Shown in pieces: positions 60,558-64,000 of a DNA stretch of 64,000 nt. The translations under genes and the position numbers were made by a program. The stretch's first letter is position 1. Each line of letters opens with the position of its first letter. Source of the stretch: Amoebidium appalachense (taxonomy: Eukaryota; Protista; Ichthyosporea); assembly GCA_963693365.1 (NCBI GenBank), contig CAVNZM010000018.1, positions 1,506,899-1,570,898 of the forward strand, in the 5' to 3' direction. The notes under the pieces were generated by a model. That model was not told the origin of the DNA and ran no database searches. It worked only from the letters and a program-made list of their open reading frames with translations.

Positions 60558-62509
60558 ATGTAAACAGTTGAACTAGTTGGGATAAGGCAGAGAACAACTG
60601 AATCAGAATAAAGACAGAGAACGGGTAGTAAGGCACACGCGGCCAGGTTACTATTTAATGTGCTCGTTCAGAGTGATCCCCCGTACTGGGACGGCTTGTT
60701 TATATAGCCCCCAGGTTCCGGATCATCTGGATGGGTGGCATTGATGCCTTCGTGACTTCTGACCAGTCAGAAGAGTGCGGTCGTCTTTATGTGCACACAG
60801 TGCACCAATAACATGAAGCTAACTAAAAGGATAACTTTGTGGCAAATGATTGGTCAATACTTAAGCCCGTTTAGGTTTATGCAACTGGGTCTGATTTCCT
60901 TATTGGTTCCGTTCGTTTAGCTATAGATGTCGCCTCCGTAGTGGATGAGACTTGCATTCCTATCCTAGCGGTTCTCGAATTCTATTGGTTCATACTGACT
61001 GCACGGCCACTGCATATTGCCGGCGCCGCGGCTCAGTCGTGAGCCGCAGCCCGCGGCTGTCGCGTGTGATATTGATCTGATCATATGTACACAATATCTA
61101 CGTGATCACTATGATATGAACAGTATATTCGTAATAGTAAACATGTACGGCGTGTACAGATGTTTACAACTGCGCAGCAATCAAAAGCTCGTTACCTGGG
61201 CCAGGGAGAATTTCGGGTTGGCTACAGACAACGTGAGGGTTACTAAAATACCCGATGTTAAGAAATTTATGCTTGAACGCGCTTTCACTGCGTCAGAAGT
61301 AAATACCATTTTTCCGAATCGTGGCACTGGTGCCTTTGTTCGTTGCCTTGCCAAACTTTTCCAGTTGAACGCGCTCGAGTACGGTGCGTACGGCCGAAAA
61401 GTGAGGGTGACTACTGCGTCTGGGGGCACACAAGCCGCATCAGTTCTTATGTTCCACTCGAGCCGAAATCACCTGCCGCAATAAAGGCGGTGGAGGTGTA
61501 CATCATACGTTCTAGTGATGATGGTGACAGTCCAGACGTGATAATTCTCGACCACTATTTCCCGTGCATCCCGCCGGAACAGAACACTGCTTCAATGGTT
61601 TTACAGGTACAGAGCCACCCGCAGCCCATGCTTTTACCTCGTTCGGTCGAAACAGTCCCTATGGACTTGGATGACTGTGCTTCTTCGCGTGAAGGTGAGA
61701 TTGCTTGTATGATATAATTAACAACAGCGTGTTTGTCTATAGAAGCATATAACTTTTTAATGGTTTACTTGTGAGTGGTGTTGCTGCCCCTGCAGCTGTG
61801 CTCACGAGTTCCCTTGCTTATCTGTCATGGACTTTCGCATCCCTCTGCCCTCTATCACTTGCATAGCTGTTCCTGGTCCACTATGGAGTCATGGTGTTCC
61901 TATGAAAAGGTATGTATAATAACATCTATTGAGTGAGGATGCTTTCCCCATTTGAGTCTCTCTACAGAGAGAATTTTCGTCCACCCATTTTCTATGCTTC
62001 TTGGATGTTGCACACACACAAGAAGTTGAACATGCCCACCTGGTTACACATCACGGTTGTAGTTGCATATATACATCAGCAAAGATCACCCCCCATCCGA
62101 AACCTGTCCTGTACGACTTTAGGACGTCCTATCGTCGTTAATATATCTAAAAGATAGCTTAGGACGGGTTTAGGATAACCCGGAATTTCAGGATGGCAAG
62201 GCGTCTGAAACACATCCCATATACATTAAATACGTCTGGCATGGATTAAAGACAGTGGACATCTTAAAGACGTAGTAAAGTCGTCTGACAAGATGTCATA
62301 CAGACACCTGGAAGTGCACTTATACCCATCAGCACAAGTCCGGATGTCCTTAACCCCCCTTTAAATTGTCCGATGGGTTGCGGATGCATACGGGATATAT
62401 TAAAGACGTCTTTCGAATTTTCTGGTCTATTACGTCTTAAAGATATCCTGGACGGATTGAGGACATATTGTTATCATCCCGGAACATGGTGTAGTTAACA
62501 GATGTCCTA

Positions 62510-63475
62510 AAGACGTCTGCACTCATTCTACAGGATGTCTATGAGAGATACCGATACATATTATATAGATGTGTGTAAGATGCATTATACACGCAAGTAA
62601 GTTGACACAAGGCGCTCGTGGGATGGGCGTAGAGATATGTTAAAGATGTACTGCAGAGATCTTAGTACAATCTTTATCCTCTCTTAATCCCGTATGGCCA
62701 TGCAACATTTGCGAAACGAACTGATTGCGTTAGGATGTCGTCAGGATATATCACAGCTAGGCAGTAGATCATCTAAGGAGATCTTTGGAGAGTTCTTTTT
62801 TGGCGCTTTTGGCCATCCCAATTATATCTTCAAGACAGGCCATGTCTGTGCATGTGATATGCTAACGCAATCTTAGGCATGTATTGGTGATACCTTTCTG
62901 CGATCTTCACGCCCTATTTGGGGTAGCTTAAAGATGTTCAGAGTTGCAATTAGCTATTGTGTGAGGATTACTTTAGGACTTCTTTAAGACGTCTGCACTC
63001 ATTCTACAGGATGTCTATGAGAGATACCGATACATATTATATAGATGTGTGTAAGATGGATTATACACGCAAGTAAGTTGACACAAGGCGCTCGTGGGAT
63101 GGGCGTAGAGATATGTTAAAGATGTAGTGCGGAGATCTTAGTACAATCTTTATCCTCTCTTAATCCCGTATGGCCATGCCACATTTGCGAAACGAACTGA
63201 TTGCGTTAGGATGTGCACAGGATGTCGTCAGGATATATCACAGCTAGGCAGTGGATCATCTAAGGAGATCTTTGGAGAGTTCTTTTGTAGCACTATTGGC
63301 CATCCCAATTATATCTTCAAGACAGGCCATGTCTGTGCATGTGATATGCTAACGCAATCTTAGGCAAGTATTGGTGATACCTTTCTGCGATCTTCACGCC
63401 CTATTTGGGGTAGCTTAAAGATGTTCAGAGTTGCAATTAGGTATTGTGTTAGGATTACTTTAGGACCTCTTTAAG
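62510..63475. repeat. Tandem duplication of ~475-490 bp inside a GACGTC/GATGTC/GATATC-rich repeat region
   Basis: aagacgtctgcactcattctacagg...aggattactttaggac at ~62510-62985 and ~62986-63475, with a few substitutions and a 10-bp indel. Confidence 0.9.
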
Positions 63476-64000
63476 GGTTTAATGGGATCGATTTGGATGA
63501 TCTTTAAGTGTTCCCTGGGATACAAAAGCAAAGCACGTATCGCTAACGAGCTCAGCCACTGCCTCTTTACCACCCTGTCAATGCCGATTACCCAGGACCA
63601 CGTTCCGTGATGCGAGGGTTAGCTCAATATATACGGCGGGAAAGGGGATTGCGCATTTGATTGTGGGATAGATTACTCCAACGTTTTTGATTGGTTGTTT
63701 TTTAGGATCGAATTTCACACAGCATTCACAATGAAGGCGTCACAAGGTCACGCTTTTATTGAAACATGAAACATGAAGGCGTCGCGCAGGTGCGTGCGAG
63801 ATGATAGCCAATGGAAACAAAGATTTACTGGAGGAGTGCAAAACAGAATCCGAAGCACTGTTATCTTACAATCATGATCCGTATAATGTAAGTAAAACTG
63901 GGGCATTCAACTGCCAAATACAGAGGTTTTAGTTGTAATAATATTTAAGGTACCTATAAATTAGGCGAGATACTTTGGCAAACGGTGCAATGCCTGCGCG

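Larger units (their letters stand above)
52929..61168 (-). mobile_element. Ty3/Gypsy LTR retrotransposon 2, intact and very young
   Basis: 610-bp LTRs 52929-53538 and 60559-61168 with TGTAAACA...TGTTTACA termini and one visible mismatch; TSD ACTGC at 52924-52928 and 61169-61173; PPT agaagggggggag at ~53539-53551. Confidence 0.98.
52913..61484 (+). pseudogene. Unknown 108-aa ORF interrupted by Gypsy-2 (52913-52928 plus 61174-61484)
   Basis: aaaacATGGCG start; removing the element and one TSD gives MAQELRSNQKLVTWARENFGLATDNVRVTKIPDVKKFMLERAFTASEVNTIFPNRGTGAFVRCLAKLFQLNALEYGAYGRKVRV...HLPQ*. Confidence 0.5.

Overview
Eukaryotic genomic DNA in two parts. 1-33.3 kb is intron-rich gene space full of poly-G/poly-C, (CA)n and (GA)n tracts. 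It holds the 3' exons of a GH29 alpha-L-fucosidase (+) and a large minus-strand gene of 25+ exons for a secreted-type modular protein: 3x WSC, 2x PAN/apple, PA14, Calx-beta/Ig-like, VWD, about 13 EGF (six from a recent two-step exon duplication), a Thr linker and an unrecognised C-terminal domain. Many of its exons are absent from the ORF track and were reconstructed by hand from GT-AG sites. 33.3-64 kb is a transposon cluster: two pogo-like TIR elements; an internally deleted Helitron (3' hairpin + CTAG) interrupted by a chromodomain Gypsy (TSD CACTC), whose gag is interrupted by a deleted Copia (TSD TTTTC); and a second, intact, very young chromodomain Gypsy (TSD ACTGC) whose gag and pol are in frame and separated by a single UAG in a gammaretrovirus-like context, a candidate readthrough signal. 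Nearly all short ORF-track entries are microsatellite artefacts. The organism cannot be identified from the window. Domain calls are by-eye motif recognition, not database hits.
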